64,000 nt of DNA, from positions 26,398,795-26,462,794 of the forward strand of contig NC_092670.1 in assembly GCF_964355755.1 (NCBI RefSeq), in the 5' to 3' direction. Shown here piece by piece: positions 26,866 to 40,322 of the stretch. Below the pieces are notes generated by a model. The model was not told the origin of the DNA. It made no database searches and saw only the letters and a list, made by a program, of their open reading frames with translations. The translations under genes and the position numbers were made by a program. Source of the stretch: Antedon mediterranea. Taxonomy: Eukaryota > Animalia > Echinodermata. Numbering within the stretch: position 1 is the stretch's first letter; each line of letters begins with the position of its first letter.

Positions 26866-28354
26866 TAACTTGCTGGGTGGTTTCCAATGGAATATTTGTA
26901 TGACAATACAAATAAAATATCACAATATTAGGAGTGCTGTTCAAATAGTTTGGCATTCCGTAGATTATACTGTAATATAGGTATGCAAAGTTTAAAGTAC
27001 TTTTTGTAAATTTCAAAAACTGATAATAAAATTGTTATTGTGCTACATTCTTCCTTGTAGTATAGATATGACATCTTTTTAAATATAAATAAATTTACAT
27101 TTTGTAATACGGTACTGTAAAAAAACAGTAAATCCAACAAATTCTTGTCTTGTTTCATTTAATATTATCATATTTATGTCATATTTCAATTTTTGATGGC
27201 ATGTTTACCTACCACATCTAGTAAACATCTTCCTGGGTGTTGAATTGCAAAATAAAACTAAAAATTAAATGCTCTTTTTCGAACTATAAAAATGACTCTA
27301 TTTTTGCTATTGTCACCTTTTATTTATGCAAATTTATTTAACTAGAGTAAGACGATAGATAGAGAATATGTGTTTGGTGTTGAAATACTCATGAGAAAAA
27401 TGATCATGAATTAAAGATTAAATATGTCACCCAATAGCAGAGCAGGTTTATTTCTATATAAGGATAATATAATTATAATAGTAAATTTCATAATATGAAA
27501 TGTTAGGTTTAAGGCTGGAGACATTGACCTAGACACAACCAATCAAAAGCTATGACAATTAATTTAAGTTCATTTCGGTTCATAGAATTAGAATATTTAA
27601 ATTATTTCATTTCTAAACTGACTTTGAGAATACTCAAATAAAATAAGATAAAAGAGTAGGTTTTGGGTGGGTAAGTGGGTGTGTGACATGATATTCAAAC
27701 ACACTGTGTTTGCCCTACTATTGACATCAGTTCACATGGTAATTTGGGGTTGCATTGTACATCTGGGTGGATCAGAACAGCAACTAATCTGAATTTTATT
27801 TTCAGCATCTATTTTATTTCCACATTTCAAGCAATACTCTTGTATGTCAGTATTTATTTAAATATAAATATAAGAAGTGTGATCAACAAAAGTAGGACAA
27901 GCTTTTGCTTTAACATTGAGGTAACCAATAGGTTTTATTGACGATAGACTTATTCTAAAATAAATGTATGAAGACAATGTAGCAGATAGCATACTTTAAC
28001 GAATGAGCTACCCACTTACCATACTTGTTTAGAGGTCTTGATGATTAGAGTGCCTACTGTAAATTCATTACATAAACTTTAGATAAAAAATGAGAATTTT
28101 ATAAGTTTCACATTGTTGACCAGTTTAAAAGTATAATAATTTTATTAAAACATCAAATCAATTAAACCAGACCACTAACATTTCAAGAAAGTTGTCTGCA
28201 GAGATACAAGCAATTTATTAAATAATTTAATTTGTTTGCTATTAAATTATGTAAGCCCTAATTAACCATAATATCTCAATAAATTGTTATATAAATCAAC
28301 ATGCACAATCATTTAGGTTTTAAAATTGTACTGTATAAGGAAGTGAGAATATGC

Positions 28355-28392
28355 ACCTACCTGTGAAACATGAAACATGGACAATTAATCTT
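28355..28392 (-). other. Candidate recursive splice site or 4-nt microexon (28361/28360)
   Basis: Minus strand attaattgtccatgtttcatgtttcacAG|GTAGGT. Confidence 0.4.
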
Positions 28393-28824
28393 AAACTCAA
28401 ACTACATATAAAAACCAGTAGTATTGGGTATGTGACACCTTGTTGAAATCAATCAAGCTTGGTGGAGTTACTGACATGGAGTTTATGTTTAGGTAATACA
28501 GGTAGAAAAGCTAAATGAAAAGAACTGGGTGTAACTCCACCTTTGAACCAGTGGACTGTAAAATGTTTTCAAGCAGTTAACTCATCTGTAGCTTTAGATT
28601 AGTTTAGACACTTCTCCTGCAATTTTTTGACGTTTTGTGAAAACAATGCATATTATATATTACATTAAAGCAGGTCATTCCTTATCTTAAATGTATTTTT
28701 TATGGTTAATGATTACTACCTTAGTAGCTCACATCAAATGTCCTCTCATGGACATCATTATGCTAATATAACTTGATGAAAATTATAGACATTGTAAATA
28801 ATGGCAAGCAAGAAACTTGTCATC

Positions 28825-28900
28825 TACTACTTTGAGAATTGGGGAGAAATATGGGCAACCTGCGCTTTGCTGACGACACAACATATTGCAAGATTCAATG
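28825..28900 (+). pseudogene. Tiny non-LTR reverse transcriptase remnant (RTE-like)
   Basis: ggcaacctgcgctttgctgacgacacaaca translates GNLRFADDTT, the RT FADD motif. Confidence 0.55.
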
Positions 28901-29899
28901 GACTAAGATATTGGTAGTACAGTAAATATCAACAGGACATTATTATTCTGAATTCTGACTGCATGTAGAAAAAATTGAAATCAACACCAAATTAAGCATT
29001 TCAGAAAAGATACAGTGAGCCTAAAAGTAGTGAAATTAAGTGCTCAACTTAATTTGGTGTCCTATCTTTTGCATTAAAATTTGTGAAATTTTGAGAAACC
29101 CAAAACCTGGTGGATAATTTAAACGTACTGCAGTGGAACCAAATAACTCCACAAATTTGTAAACTGCTCTTCTGTGAGGATTTTCAGACTATTCAACTAT
29201 GAATTCCCTTAGCCATCTATCAATAATTCATTTTATTTATCTGATGAAATTAATAAATTAATTAGTATGCAAACTCATTCCAACAAACCCATCCAGTCAA
29301 GGAATTTGCATATTTGGAACAGAATTGAGAATGGCAAACTATCAACACAAAAAGTAGCGTTATTAGCGATACTACATTTTAAAAGACATTAACCAATAAT
29401 ATAATTTTTTTATATGATGTGATGTCATAAAAAATTAATACAATCAAACTTTATTGAAAAGGCCATTTTGTAGTTTAATTAAAGTTAGTCTTTTGTAGAA
29501 AAAACCCAGCAAAAATAATAATTTCAGACAAAACAAAACCCATTATCTGACCATGGACCTATAGGCCAAGATCATACAATGGGCTTCCAGTTGACTTTTT
29601 TTTTCCAGATAATTGTTTGTCACAGTAAATAACTATTGTCTGACATTAAAATGACATATTCAAACAAAAATTTTTTTAAAAATATATATATATATAAGGC
29701 AGCAACTTTGTTCTCTGTTGTGTAATGACACATTTTTGGAAAGTATTACTTCATTTTTAGATTTGGAAAAAAATCAAATACAGATTTACTACCATCTTCT
29801 ATCAATTGCAGTAAAGGTGGTGAGTGATGCTTGCTACAATAGTCTTAGTCATTTGAACACACAAGTAATTGTTGGAAGCAAGCATTGACAATTCTTAGT

Positions 29900-30028
29900 T
29901 TCCACTTGGAAGCTACACAAGAACATAAGTGTGCCGCAGGTAATTTGACCAATCACAATGCAAAGGATCATCCTGAACTGTCAATTGTGATTGGTCAACT
30001 CACTGATTGTGTTGCATCCAAGGGGGAA
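29900..30028. repeat. Small palindromic MITE-like element
   Basis: cttggaagctacacaa / ttgtgttgcatccaag and ttgaccaatcacaat / attgtgattggtcaa inverted pairs. Confidence 0.6.
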
Positions 30029-30037
30029 TAAGCTTAA

Positions 30038-30579
30038 AGCTCAGGTACAGGCATGAATTTTAAATATAATATTTGGATAATTGTACATAAATTAAATATT
30101 TGTAATAGAAATAAAGATGAAAAAACATGAATTTCCCTTAAAATAGTAAAATTCTGCAGGAAGACTTTTTTTCAGTAGTTAGGTAGTTTAACCTAGTCTA
30201 ATAACATGTCTGGTGACTTCCTAGAAGGTGAAAAAAGAAGGTGGATATACGGTGAATAATTTTTGCTATAGCATGAAAATAAAACTCTGAAATTGAATAA
30301 AAATACTAGAAACGTAAAACTCAAGTTATACCTATATTTAGTCATCTGATAACATTTTTTACCACACCGTTTATTTTTCATAGTTTTTTAATTTGTGTAC
30401 AAAAGAATAGATATTTTACTGTGTAATTTGAACTATCCCCCCACTGATAATAAAGTGCTTATTTTCAACAAGATTGTGTAACAAATAAAATCCCAAAAAT
30501 TATGAAACATAGGGGAAACTATAGATCGATATTTATTGGAATGAATGATCAATAGAATTGTTTTGCCCGTACCTGGCCT
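30038..30579. mobile_element. TTAA-target Kolobok-like MITE, family D
   Basis: TTAA|agctcaggtacaggca ... tgcccgtacctggcct|TTAA; inverted copy at 59305-59858. Confidence 0.82.
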
Positions 30580-33143
30580 TTAAACCCTGCAGGTCCATGA
30601 TCTGTAATGGATTACAATTAACATTAGATGCAGACGTAAGAATGCATACCGGTACTTAGTTGAAAGTTACAAAAAAGTTGACCAAGCTGACTTGTTTTTA
30701 TTTCCGCCAAGGAGGTTTTCTTAACCTCTGTTTGTTTTATATTCTGTATACTGTACAGCAATGGTGTACAATCATTTATAAACTTCAAAATATGAAGTTT
30801 GCTTGATTTACAACTAAATTTCCTTATCCATTCTCAATATTCTAGTTCACTGGACAATGATCTATTAAAAGTAAAATAAATTTAGTAGTGCAAAACAAAT
30901 CTCAAGTCAAAAGAGATTAAAATTACGCGGAGAATAAGACTATTGAATCCCAATTTTCACATCACATTTGACTTTGTTAAAAGCATACACGATTATTTCA
31001 TTGAGTATTCCTACTTGGCTAGTTTTGCACAATGCACAACACACAAAACTGTACCTGAAGCAATGTAGGATTATCAGTCAGGCTAAAAATTCAACATAAG
31101 AAGTCAATTGATCATAACTGTGATGCCTGAGTTTGCAAACACTACTCTAGAAAACTTTAATTCCATCATCCATCTTGTGTTACATATTATTTGACTCAGA
31201 GGTCATAGAATTTCAACTCTAGGGAAATGCCAAGTTGAAATGTTATTGACTCTAATTGATTACAATCTACTTTTATTAAGGTATAAACTATAAGATATCA
31301 TTAAAAAGTCCAATTCTTTCCACAAAATTACAATGACCATAATCTTGCTAAAAATACATACATACAGTATATATGAATCATGTTTTGATAAATTATTGAC
31401 ATTTGGAAAAAAAAGTGTTACTAAATATTCCTTTTTAAAATCAAAATAATTTCATCCTGGGAGATAACAAAATTACAAAATTCTTAGGTCAGCATGATAC
31501 ACAAAACAGGGATGGATTGATCCTCAGAGATAGCACTAGATTCATAAACCGTGATTTAAGTCTTAATGAAAGAAAATAATCACAAAATACAAAAGATTAT
31601 ACACAAGATGTTGGGCTTTTTATACATACATATATAATCGTACAATATTGTATTAATATTCTTGTAAAAACACATAACTCCTAGTTATTAATATCACTGT
31701 ATTAAAATTTAAAAGAGGGCAGTGTTCAAGCATAGTTGTACTGTAGTATAGGTGTATAATACAGCAAAAAGATACAAATTATGTTCACAATTTAGTTCAC
31801 AAATTATTAAATTTACGAATAAACCTTGGTACCATGGGGTACATAAAATAGATGTTTCACTAATAATTATTCAAAGTATAATTGATGCAAACCTTCAAAC
31901 AATATATATAATTGATGTATTTTACAAATGTTAAAGAAACTTCTTTACAAATTGATCTATAAATTTAAGGTCACAACGTTTTTTTAAATTAAAACTAAAA
32001 TATTATATGGGCCTATTGCAATACTTTTTTGTCTTTAAAAGGTTAAAGATGTACAAAATAAGTAAAAGTAAAACAATGGAACCGTAACTTTTCAGCAAAA
32101 ATACTGGGTCTTCCGATACAAATCGGAATACACTGCGCTATGTGGAACGTATAAGGCACTTTTTTTATCATGTGACCGACAATCGTCCAACCAAATGACA
32201 GGTCACACTGCTTAATGATTTAAATCACTATTTTTATTAGTAGTAAATAAATGAGTTTTAATGGTTTTCTATACCATATTCAGTGCTCTCCTGAAGCAGG
32301 CATTTTTGTATTTAGTAGATTAGTTTAATACATCTTGTATTATATTGTATATCCATAATTTGGTATTTCACTTAACTTGCCACACTTGATTTCTATATTG
32401 GGAAACCCTGATATTGGCACAAAGTCAGGTGAAAAAACTTATTTTTGTGTTTTTCAAAAACTGTCTAATTTTCTAAGACTGTCCCTGTCTGTTGAAAGAT
32501 GGGCATTAGTTTTTCTCATGGTTCAGTGTTGTAGCCTACTTCACCATAAATATGAATTTAGATGGTAGAGTTTAGAACCACCAGTTAGATTCACTCTGCT
32601 CAATGGAAATAAAATAGGTTGTATCAATAAAATGGTTCACATTTGTGTGAAACTCCCTATAGTTCTCTCCCTTCCTATACCCTTCCTAATGTGTCCCAAC
32701 TTTATCTCAAAGAATATTATTATATACATTTTCAGACATGTTTATAAATTAACATTATGTGCGCTTTCTAAGTTACTAGTATGTAAATGCTATGTTAAGC
32801 TATGCATTATATTACATCATGATCATAATGTAATATCATATCTCATTTCTTTTTTAATCTCATTTGTGAATATAGATACTGAGTTGAGCTTACAGTAGCC
32901 AAAGCCATACATCATGTATCATGATCATTATAGTATAATTATTTAAAAAATATTAGTTTATATCAGCTGCTGCTTTTACGGATTTCTTCCAGAGCTTTTC
33001 CAACTTTTGTGAGTCCTTCAAAGATTCAAAATTATCTACAAGGCCACCAATAATTACAAATTAAAATTAAAAGAATATATAAAATAGAATAACCCATCTC
33101 TTAAACAAATAACTTGTTACAAAATGTAGCCGAATACTTAAAT

Positions 33144-33180
33144 ACTCACCTGTATAAAGGTATATATAATTAGAACACCG
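33144..33180 (-). other. Candidate recursive splice site (AG|GT at 33150/33149)
   Basis: Minus strand gttctaattatatatacctttatacAG|GTGAGT with branch-like ctaat. Confidence 0.5.
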
Positions 33181-33351
33181 AAGACCGTTTTTCATTGCAC
33201 TGATGATGATGTTCGGCGTAACAAAACATGTTTGCAAACATTTTTCAAACTCAAATTTATTTTACTTTTATTATGCTGTCGGAAGTTCGGCAACATTATT
33301 CATGACATCACCTTATTAAACACTTCGGTGTCAATCAAGGACATACATTTA

Positions 33352-33788
33352 GGGTCTGTTTCTGTTGCAGAGTGCCGATTAAACCGATTATTTAAAAAAT
33401 GTAATTTTTATATTGACTGCATATCTGTTAAATTTTTGCTCCAAATAACCGTTTAAATCAGTGGGTGGTCGTTGACAAAAATGGTTAGAATTACCCAAAA
33501 TGCAATTGGTCCTGGCAGTTAATTCAAACGTTACTGCAGTGTAGTTGACTCAAAGTCAGCAGCTGTCAATCAAATAACCGTTATTTTGTGTTGCAGTTAA
33601 AAATTGCTCTGCGATAACCGGTTAAATGGCAATCTAACACCAAATTGAATGGGTGTTTTTAACCGGTTTAAAGGCAGCGTTGCCTTTAAACCGGTTACCA
33701 CAAAATTGTCCTGGTTCTGCTCCCAAGAAAATGGAGTTAATTTATTCACACCGTTTTGAACTGGTTATTTTTATGCAGCAGAAACAGA
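33352..33788. mobile_element. PIF/Harbinger MITE
   Basis: tta|gggtctgtttctgttgca ... tgcagcagaaacaga; reverse complement of 16142-16512 over most of its length. Confidence 0.78.
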
Positions 33789-34951
33789 ATCATTTAGAAT
33801 AGAATATTTATTTATCAGACAGATAACAAATAATAAATTATACATTAAAAAATTGACCTTTTAGAGTAAACTATGCCAAAATTGATGAAAACAAACCAAA
33901 AGTTTTAAAGTGACAGAAATCAAGACAGGCCAATTGTCCTTGGAACACCTTGGGAACAAGCAAATATTATGGCCCAATGCCTCAAAATGACATCTGGTGT
34001 GTACACCCTGATGATAGTAAAAAAGCAAGTAAATATACTGGTATTGCATTGTGATTGATTGCACTGGGAAATGAAAAATACTGAGCTATATTATATATTT
34101 CTAGTGTACCATAAAATGTATAATGTATGACATTCATAACAGATTGTTAGGTGTGGGAGGTCCCTACTTGATGAAGGTATACACAATTTTAATACTATAT
34201 ACATTACAATATACAATATAAAACATATTTAATTTTGTTTATGGTAATGTAAATAATCTGTTTTTAGTAATGAAATATTAACTTTAGCTAACAAATTTAT
34301 ATTATAAATTCATTTTGATTAAACTATTTCTCTTGTACCGAAGCAAATTCCAGATATTAATTGGTATTTTTGAATTACAGAACAGAAAGGTTTTCACCAA
34401 CAAAAATTACTAAATATTGATTTTTATAGAATGTAGTTTCATTTCAAAATGGAATGTTTTAACAGAAAAATGTATATTACATTGTAATCTCGGCTATATA
34501 TCAATTATTACCCTACAAGGCATTTCTATTTAAACAAGAAATATTTCTTACAAAAAAACATCGCTCAACTTGTTGACGTAACAGTTTTAATTATTGTTCT
34601 TTCTTCAGAAATACTGATTTATTATAAATTATTTTTGTTTGTGTAATGTAAATATAGTCTGGCCTGCTGTACAGAACAAAATATAATCATAAACTAAACT
34701 ATAGTACTGTACATATTCCAGGTTAGTGGTGTTATTTTCTAAGGTACTATAGCTTCGCGTGTCGTACTCCTTCTTAATGCTTATGTCCTCTGGGAATATA
34801 ACTATCTAAGGGCGCTGGGCAAAAAACAAAAACAAAATGCTGTTATTTAATATAATCAGACATTCACACAATTCTTGTTTTAATTATTTTCTAACACATT
34901 TAGACACAAAATAAAATCAGCAACATACCCGTAATGAAAAATGGGTGATAA

Positions 34952-35350
34952 AGGTCCATTTACACCAGGGCGATAACGATCGACGATAAATAGATAAACA
35001 TAGATTTTTGTTTGATAAAACGAAAGAAATTAGAACATTTTTCATTCTAGAACTATAGGATAATCATATATGCTGTATTTAATAAAAATATTATTTTTGA
35101 AAAACCAATCAAATGACGTCATGATCAATGAAAACAATAAAATCGTTGTATTGTAACGATATTATTGCTCTTACTAATCATGACGTCATTTGATTGGACG
35201 TGTGGAAATATTATTTTCATCAAAGGCAGCATAGATGATAATCCTCTAGTTCTAGGATGAAAACTTTTTAAAATTCTTTTGTTTTAGGTATGAAAAATGC
35301 ATATTTATCTTTTTATCGTCGATCGTTATCGCCCTAGTGTAAATGGGCCT
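34952..35350. mobile_element. Fold-back Harbinger-like MITE (near-complete 400-bp palindrome)
   Basis: TAA|aggtccatttacaccagggcgataacgatcgacgataaa ... tttatcgtcgatcgttatcgccctagtgtaaatgggcct|TAA; arms pair almost to the centre. Confidence 0.85.
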
Positions 35351-35699
35351 TAATAAAAGACACACACAAAAAAGAAGTTATTTATAGACAGTTTGGCGAC
35401 GCCAGCATATTGTGTTGAAATATAGCTTCAAACTAATAATAATTTTAATGTAAATTGGGGTGTAAACGCAGCTGATTTACTTTCCCTTGCAATTTTCTAC
35501 ATTTTGTAAAAATAATGCATATATATATTACCAGCTCATTCCTCGTCTTAAGTTTAAGATTAATTATGATAAAAAGAGAAAAACAATGCACTACCTATTA
35601 AGTAGCTTTGCATAATTTTGTAGGTTTAGTTAGTAAACAGTGGTAACGTACGAATATTGTACAGTACGCTAGATATAGGCCTAGTCTGACGTTGGCTAG

Positions 35700-37725
35700 T
35701 GTTATGACTATATATATTATAGAAATACTAGTACGAGCCTAAAGGTCAAACAAGGTCACATGCTTCTGAAATAAACGCTTGAACATAACCATGTACGTCT
35801 CGTGTGTGTCTTTATAATCAGCCATAGTCATGTTACGTGGTGGCAGCGGTGCTGTTTAATAAGTAGGACACAAACCTTCAAAATCTGAAGAATCAAACTG
35901 TATAGCAATTTCGAAACATTTCAGAGAATTTTATAAAAGAAAATATATTAATAAACTGTGAGCACAAAAAAACCAAACATGGCTACCAACCAACCTCATG
36001 TAGCGATACTGTCCATGAACTGGGAATCTCTGAACCTTAAAAAGGAATGGGATTGATCAACAACATGTTAGTTTTAAAAACTGAAAAAGAAAAGGTCAAT
36101 ATCTTTCCCATAATGGGAAAAGTATGTAATTCCTATCAAAAACCCAATCATTTTGTAAAAATGTGTAGAAAACCAAATAATGTAAAAGTACTTGAAGATT
36201 CAAGCGATGAAGATGATGATGAAACTAAATGCAGTTGGTGGAAATTCAGTTAAATAGTGAAACAAATGTCAACATTACCAAAAAAAAACAAGAAACCACC
36301 AAATCAAATTAACACGATTCAGGAACATTGAAAATGTAGAACAATGCTAAATCACCAGTAGTTGGTCGATTGTTCAGAAAAGTAAAAAACCCAAGAACGA
36401 AAACTGCTATAACCTAGAATTCTAAGTCGTTAAGGTCTAATTCCATTAATCGGAAGATTTGAAACTAATTAACATCAACGAGGAACAATTTATTCACAAA
36501 ATACACAAAGTATCTTTAAGTAACACTATCACTGAGAAACAAGAAAATGGGTATAACAAATTTGGATGTCCACTGGGCCTAGTAAACCTAAGCTTAAACA
36601 AATCAGTAACACCTAACAGTCTTAAGCGACCACATTATCAGCTTCCAATAATGGATGACATTCTTGCCAGATCTAAATGAAGTCAAAATCTTCTCAAAAC
36701 TTGAAATCAATTATGCTTTCTGGCAGATAAAATTAGACAATGAATCAAGTTTTCTTACGACATTTACCACACTGTGGGGAAGGTACAGACGACTCAGAGA
36801 ACCCTTTCAGTACCTGCTCAGCATCTGAAGAATTTTAAAAACGACTACACGATGCATTACCAGAACGTATTTTGCATAGCTGATGGTGTTCTCATAGTGG
36901 GACATGGTAGTGATATGGAAGTGGCAATAAAAAACCACGATGAACACACAGACTAATAGAATTAAGAATTAATAAAAAATACTTACTAACCAAGGACTTA
37001 AAGCTGATCCAGCTAAAATCAGAGCGATATTAGACATGCCTGAACCATAAAACGTAACTGAAGTGCATCTTCATGGGAATGGTTACATACCTCGCAAGAT
37101 ATCTCTATCATCTAAACAGACACACTTGAACCAATTAGACACAGAAAGAAGCTTTTAAAAAGATAAAAGAAAGCATAACACAAACACCTGTTCCAGCCTA
37201 CTATGATAGAAATGCGAACCTGACAATCCAGTAGACTAGGGCCTGCCTTACTTCAAAACGGCCGTCCCATTGCATATGCTAAGTGATAAGTAACCACCGA
37301 CCGCTAGATACAATTTGAATAATCAAGAAAAGTACCAAGGAGATTTAACAAGGCTTCCTGTTGAGACTACAAAAATATCACTTTGACATTGAATATGCAC
37401 AACAGACAATCAACAAGTAACCAATTAAACAGAAGAAATTAAAATTATAATCAATTTACTAATTAGCAAACCGAAACAACAAGAAGAAATAAAAACACAA
37501 ACAGAAAATGAGGAGACACTTCAAATTCTTAGGAAAGTCATAATTGATGGTTGGCCAAATGAAAAGTTTAGCTTACCAGTCAAACCTAATTTTGCATACA
37601 AATGGGAAAGCTGAATCAGCAGTAAAAATGAAACACTTAATGAGAAAAGCAAAAGCTAGTGGTCATGATACATATTTATCTTTTAGATTACAGAAATACA
37701 CCAAGCTCTGGTATGGACTCTATAG
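35700..37725 (+). mobile_element. Decayed Ty3/Gypsy LTR retrotransposon (5' LTR, PBS, gag/RT/RNase H/integrase fragments)
   Basis: Putative LTR from tgttatg at 35700; PBS tggtggcagcggt at 35838-35850; zinc knuckle remnant CNSYQKPNHFVKMC; RT LKRPHYQLPIMDDIL, FWQIKLD and IADGVLIVG; integrase TNGKAESAVK and LLDYRNTP; many stops and frameshifts. Confidence 0.88.
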
Positions 37726-37813
37726 TCTGGGAGCCCAGAAGGTTTTGTTTAGCAATTTTGAGGTGTGGAATATGTAGATATGGTCTATGGGACCCAGAAA
37801 TAGTAATTCTTAA

Positions 37814-38390
37814 AGACACCTTCCCTACGTTTTTTAGATCTAATCATGATGATCACAAACTATATTTAATGTAAAAATAATACTATATGGTCCTATTGCG
37901 ATAACTTTTTTCGTCTTTAAATGGTTAAAAATAATATAATAAGTATAAGTTGATTCTAATAATTATTGCAGCCCGCTATAAATCCCAAAATGCGTGCGGA
38001 TTGATATTTGTGTTTTTCTTCTGTAATTCACCAACTTTTCGATCGATCGTGAGGCCAAAACAAATGGAAGACTCCTAACTTTTCAGCGAAAATACTGGGT
38101 TTTCCCCAATTTGTATCAACAAAGTCTGGCAAAAATAGAAAGACAAATGCAGCAACTATACAACGTCAGGCTAGACCTATAGCTAGCGTACGATGTTCGT
38201 ACGTTACCGATGTTTACCAGTTAGGCCAACAAAACTAAGACTAGGTAGGCTAGGCCTAAAGACCGTCCACGAGAGGTTACTCGCCGGGAGCTACTTAGGT
38301 AGTGCATTGTTTCTCACTTTTTATCATAATTTACCATCATAAACGTACATTTAAGACAAGGAATGACCTGGTTTAATGTTTTGAAAGTGC
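37814..38390. mobile_element. Family A MITE copy, distal end lost
   Basis: Starts ttaa|agacaccttccctacgtt; colinear with 53211-53790. Confidence 0.88.
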
Positions 38391-38403
38391 TAAATTAACT
38401 TAA

Positions 38404-39029
38404 AGACCCCTTCCCTGCAATTTTGGACGTTTTTTGGAAAATAATACATATATATCACTTTAAAAACATTAAACCATGTCATTCCTTGTCTTAAATGTAC
38501 GTTTTATGGTAAATTATGATAAAAAGTGAGAAACAATGCACTACCTAAGTAGCTCGCGGCGATCGACCTCTCGTGGACGGTCTCAGGCCTAGCCTAGCTA
38601 GGCTTAGTTTTGTAGGCCTAGCTGGTAAACATCGGTAACGTACGAACATCGTACGCTAGCTATATACCTAGTCTGACGTTGTATAGTTGCTGCATTAATT
38701 GTCTTTCTATTTTTGCCAGACTCCGTTGATACAAATTGGGGAAAACCCAGTATTTTCGCTGAAAAGTTAGGAGTCTTCCATTTGTTTTGGCTTCACGATC
38801 GATCGAAAAGTGGGCGAATTACAGGTGAAAAACAACAATATCAATCCGCGCGCAATGCATTTTGGGATTTATAGCGGGCCGCTATAATTATTAAAATCGA
38901 TTTATTTTTCACATTTTTAACCGTTTAAAGACGAAAAAAGTTATCGCAATAGGACCATATAGTATTATTTTTACATTAAATATAGTTTGTGATCTTAAAT
39001 TAGATCTAAAAAACGTAGGGAATGGGGCT
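38404..39029. mobile_element. Intact family A MITE (626 bp, Kolobok-like)
   Basis: TTAA|agaccccttccctgc ... gtagggaatggggct|TTAA; RR...YY termini with TTAA TSD; near-identical inverted copy at 53211-53836. Confidence 0.9.
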
Positions 39030-39909
39030 TTAAGAATGCCCTTAATTAGTAATAATTAGATATTTAATTAGCATTTTGAGTACATCAATGAAATACACAC
39101 CACACACACTTGTGAACATACAGATTAAGGATTCATCATTCTCAAGTTTGAAATCCGGGGCCAAAGCCACTCAAGAATGGGTCAAAGGTCAGTTTAATAA
39201 AAAACATTTTTACCGTTTAAAGACGAAAATAAATAGGCCCATTTATTATATACATAAAATACATTTTGCGACTTTAGATTAGATCGAAAAAACATAGGCA
39301 AAGTGTCTTTAAATTACATTTGTTATACTAAATTGTAGGGCAAGGAACATTTATTGTGCTTCAGAATATGCCTAGTTGAAAATAAACAATAAATACATCA
39401 CCAAATGTCAAGATTCATGCAACATGAATGCTGACAATTTCAATAAAATACAGATTAATATCATCATCCATCTTACCAAAAGCTTCATGATTTTTTGTTG
39501 CTGTTTTCAAATTGACACAGTGTTACCATATAGCACAAGTGATAATGATTAATTAAAATAAATGTAAACCTGGAGTAAAACTGAATAACCTTCATGTTGC
39601 CTCTTGTCACATCATGATATCTTTATAGCCTTATTGATATTTTATGAGCGTTGTGGATCTATGCCTAGTTTTTCAGTACCTGCAGTAATCTTACACAAAA
39701 CAAAGAAGATCCCTTTCACGTCAGATCATTCTTATATTTTCTACCCACATCTTTTCATTGTTTCACCCAAACTTGCCAATTGATCATAATGTTTCTATAC
39801 TTACTAAACTCTGAAAATATATTGCACATTTTTTGCTTAAAATATAGATAGATGCTTTTCTTATAGATAATGATGAAAAAAGATACTAAAAAATAAAAAT
39901 GATAAATGC

Positions 39910-40322
39910 CTTTATTTATTTTTATTTATTTTAACCATATTTAATGAGGGTAATCCATCCAGCATTTGCTGATCATTTGGGACCCTTAGAACAGATACAA
40001 TATACAAAATATAGAAAAAACAGAAAAGTAAAAGAAAAACCAAAACCTAAAAATATAATTAATTACATAAGACTAAAAATCTGAATAGGAAAATTTGAAA
40101 TATAGAAAATAACTGAAATGTTAAATTAAGCAAAAATATATAATATATATAATAAATATTTATTTAGATCTACAATTTTACAATTTAAATTCTGGAAAAG
40201 GATTACATAGTTTTTAGAAAAGTCATAAGTCTAGTTTTGAAAGAGGAAAAGGATAAGGAATTGCGGATAGATAGAGGAAGATCATTGTAGAAATGAGGGG
40301 CCTTGTAGCTGAAGGAGAGGCC
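39910..40322 (-). mobile_element. 5'-truncated CR1/L2-group LINE 3' end
   Basis: Minus-strand LSFSYKAPHFYNDLPLSIRNSLSFSSFKTRL (typical ORF2 C-terminus), 3' UTR and (AAAT)n-like tail. Confidence 0.72.
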
